Below are positions 61,726 to 64,000 of a stretch of DNA of 64,000 nucleotides, one piece after another; position 1 is the stretch's first letter; each line of letters opens with the position of its first letter. Under the pieces are notes generated by a model. The model made no database searches, had not been told where the DNA came from, and saw nothing but the letters and a program-made list of their open reading frames with translations. Origin of the DNA: Mytilus californianus (taxonomy: Eukaryota); assembly GCF_021869535.1 (NCBI RefSeq), contig NW_026262593.1, positions 31,496,001 through 31,560,000 on the forward strand. The letters are read 5' to 3'. Both the position numbers and the translations under genes were made by a program.

Positions 61726-64000
61726 AGTCTTATAGCATTTTATAGTTTTGAATGTTTGTATACAAAGTATATCACTGGATTGAGCTCTTTGTCTAAGTGT
61801 ATTATTAAATTGCTTTGCTTTGAACTCAGTTCATTGTTATGCAATTCATTCTTGGTGAAATAAAGATTTGACAGATAACTCATCTGCACAAGGAATTGTA
61901 GTAGAATCCAATCTATGTAAGTAGTAATGGGGAGATAAATACATTTTATTTACATTTGAACAAGCAATTTTTTTATCCAGAAGCCAAATTAAGAAAAAAG
62001 CACAAATTTACCAAACAATTCTATTCGTGCTACTAGCAATATGATGCTAGCTTGTTTTGTTATATTTTTTTGGAACATTTGTACTTCCTACTGACGACCC
62101 AGTCCTGAGTGTAAATGGTCATTCAGTATGTAAAATAAGAGCGACTAAAAAAAAGGACACAATTCATAAGGCTTATCTGGCCAAACTGATTTCTTAAATT
62201 ATATATTATTGTTCAACATTTATCATTTATTCGTTAATTTCTGAATTTGTGTGAAATAATGCAGTAAATTTTAATTACAGCACTGTTCACTTTCATACCA
62301 CCATTGTTTGCTGCATGATGTTTTGGCATGGTATGGCGACATGCCCCTTTTCCGTCGTATTTAAGAACGCCCCGCCGTTATTTAATATCGGTTCTGTAAT
62401 TCATATTTTAGCAAGACCATTTCGAGTAATTTCCCTTGAAATGAAAATGGAAATTTCATTTTAATGGCCGACATTTTATTGAACGTAATTGAACAGTTTT
62501 GAAGCAACAGAGTACAAATACGATTTAAGAATTTAGATCTAATAGGGACAACATCGATTTGTACCTCTACATGTAGACAATTTGAAAAGGGAACCAGGCG
62601 ATCGTTTGAGTTATAATTTTACGATAACATTTCCACTAATAAAATTTACGTAAACATGATGTTTGTTTATATTTCCTGTTTATACTATAAGGTCGGTCGA
62701 GACATCGGATTGGGTGTGAATTTACCACGGCTTTCATACTGTTGTTATCTTCTAAAAATAAAGTTAGGAATATAGCTGCTATATATAGATTTGAATTGTA
62801 CAAAAAAATCAACAACGTTTCAATAAATAAAATAAAAAACACAGATGGAAACAGAGATGAACAGCAGAAGAATAATTGTATAGCAAGTCTTGCTATACAA
62901 ATCTTTGAATATCCTAAAACTATTTGTACAGTTATGAGCCACAGTAGCTTTGATTGGTATAAACATGCGAGATTCAAAAGGTATTTGGCACTTCTTTTGA
63001 GCATCTAAAAAGCAAAGCATTGGCCATTGCATATGCTCTTGGTAATGCAAAGTCCACTTTCACACATCCTTTAACAATCTGGATCACTTATAACTGGAGT
63101 TATTGATTGAAATGAGGCAGTTGCACAATGAACATGATCAAGATTCTATTAGCTGTGTCTAGAAATGATAATTTTATTACAAAAAAGGAATTAAATTAAC
63201 ACCCTAATACACATGTCTTTAGTTTTTACCATTAAGTTTGAAACAATGGTACATGTATATTCAATTAAATCCCTATCCATTACAGTACATTTATATCAAT
63301 GTAAAAGTGCCCTTAAGTGCAGTCCTGGCCCAAGACCGAATATAGTTCCTTTTAATTAGAGTGTATTTTTTCTTAATTTTTTTCTTTCCCTTCCTCACTC
63401 ATTTCTTAGTTTTTTTTGGGTGGAAATGAAAGAAGAGAGGTGAAATCAACTTTTGGATGTTGTATTTTAACTGATTTTGATATGGAAAGAGTGAGTAGGC
63501 CAGGTGCAAAAAGGTGATATTTACAGTTTTCGGAACATCTCTTGACTTGTCCATAGGGGTATGGATGTGTATTGGCTAAATTTGAAAGAGTCATTGGTTC
63601 AATCTTTCTGAATTTTGGATATATTTTTGGACTAGTACTATACATTACGCACACAAAAGATTTGACAAAAATGCATGGTGCAATTTTTTTAATGAAACAA
63701 AACGTTATAAAGATCTAATAGAGGAATTTAATTGTGGTCTGTGGCCTCCTCTGTGCGAAGGGTGTCCTTAAAGTGTATTCAATCGCGCCAAGTGTGCCCT
63801 TTGAGAAAAAATTACCCTGCCCTTTTGAAAAGCTGCAGGAAACACTATACCACAACAAAACTAGCTCACTGTACGGGTATCACTTACACTTGTATCCGTA
63901 TAACAAAATAATCTTGAAACAAGAATATTTTGGCAGTACTTTTTCATTTTGAATACTAGAACTTTTTAGATAATTAGAACATTTTAAGTAGATGTTCATA

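Noticed and set aside
62820-63004. Possible terminal exon encoding a C-terminal transmembrane segment
   Set aside because: The acceptor and hydrophobic tail are plausible, but there is no recognisable homology or linked upstream exon, and AT-rich DNA readily yields such peptides.

Overview
AT-rich eukaryotic, repeat-dominated DNA. The dispersed repeat families look like those of bivalve (Mytilus-like) genomes; this is pattern recognition only, not a database match. No intact host gene is securely identifiable. Two large degenerate mobile elements dominate, both on the minus strand. (1) A tyrosine-recombinase retrotransposon of Ngaro type at 17483-24123, with split direct repeats A1...B1-A2-B2, gag, RT/RNase H and YR. 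It also carries an SGNH/GDSL hydrolase ORF placed 5' of gag, and the gag ATG directly follows a splice acceptor. (2) A Helentron-type RepHel gene (DUF6570-like Cys region, HUH Rep, PIF1 helicase, AP endonuclease) at about 33.4-44.8 kb. Its N-terminus is a ~5.8 kb in-frame array of ~92 x 63-bp units in which two stop mutations have been multiplied by higher-order duplication. Upstream is a chain of phase-0 exons containing further coding repeats. The rest is Tc1, Penelope-like, Tx1/L1 and L2 fossils, SINEs, HINE/pearl-like elements, Kolobok-, Harbinger- and TA-type MITEs, a ~1.25 kb chimeric inverted repeat and a ~2.6 kb tandem duplication. Coordinates were read by eye and boundaries are approximate unless stated otherwise.
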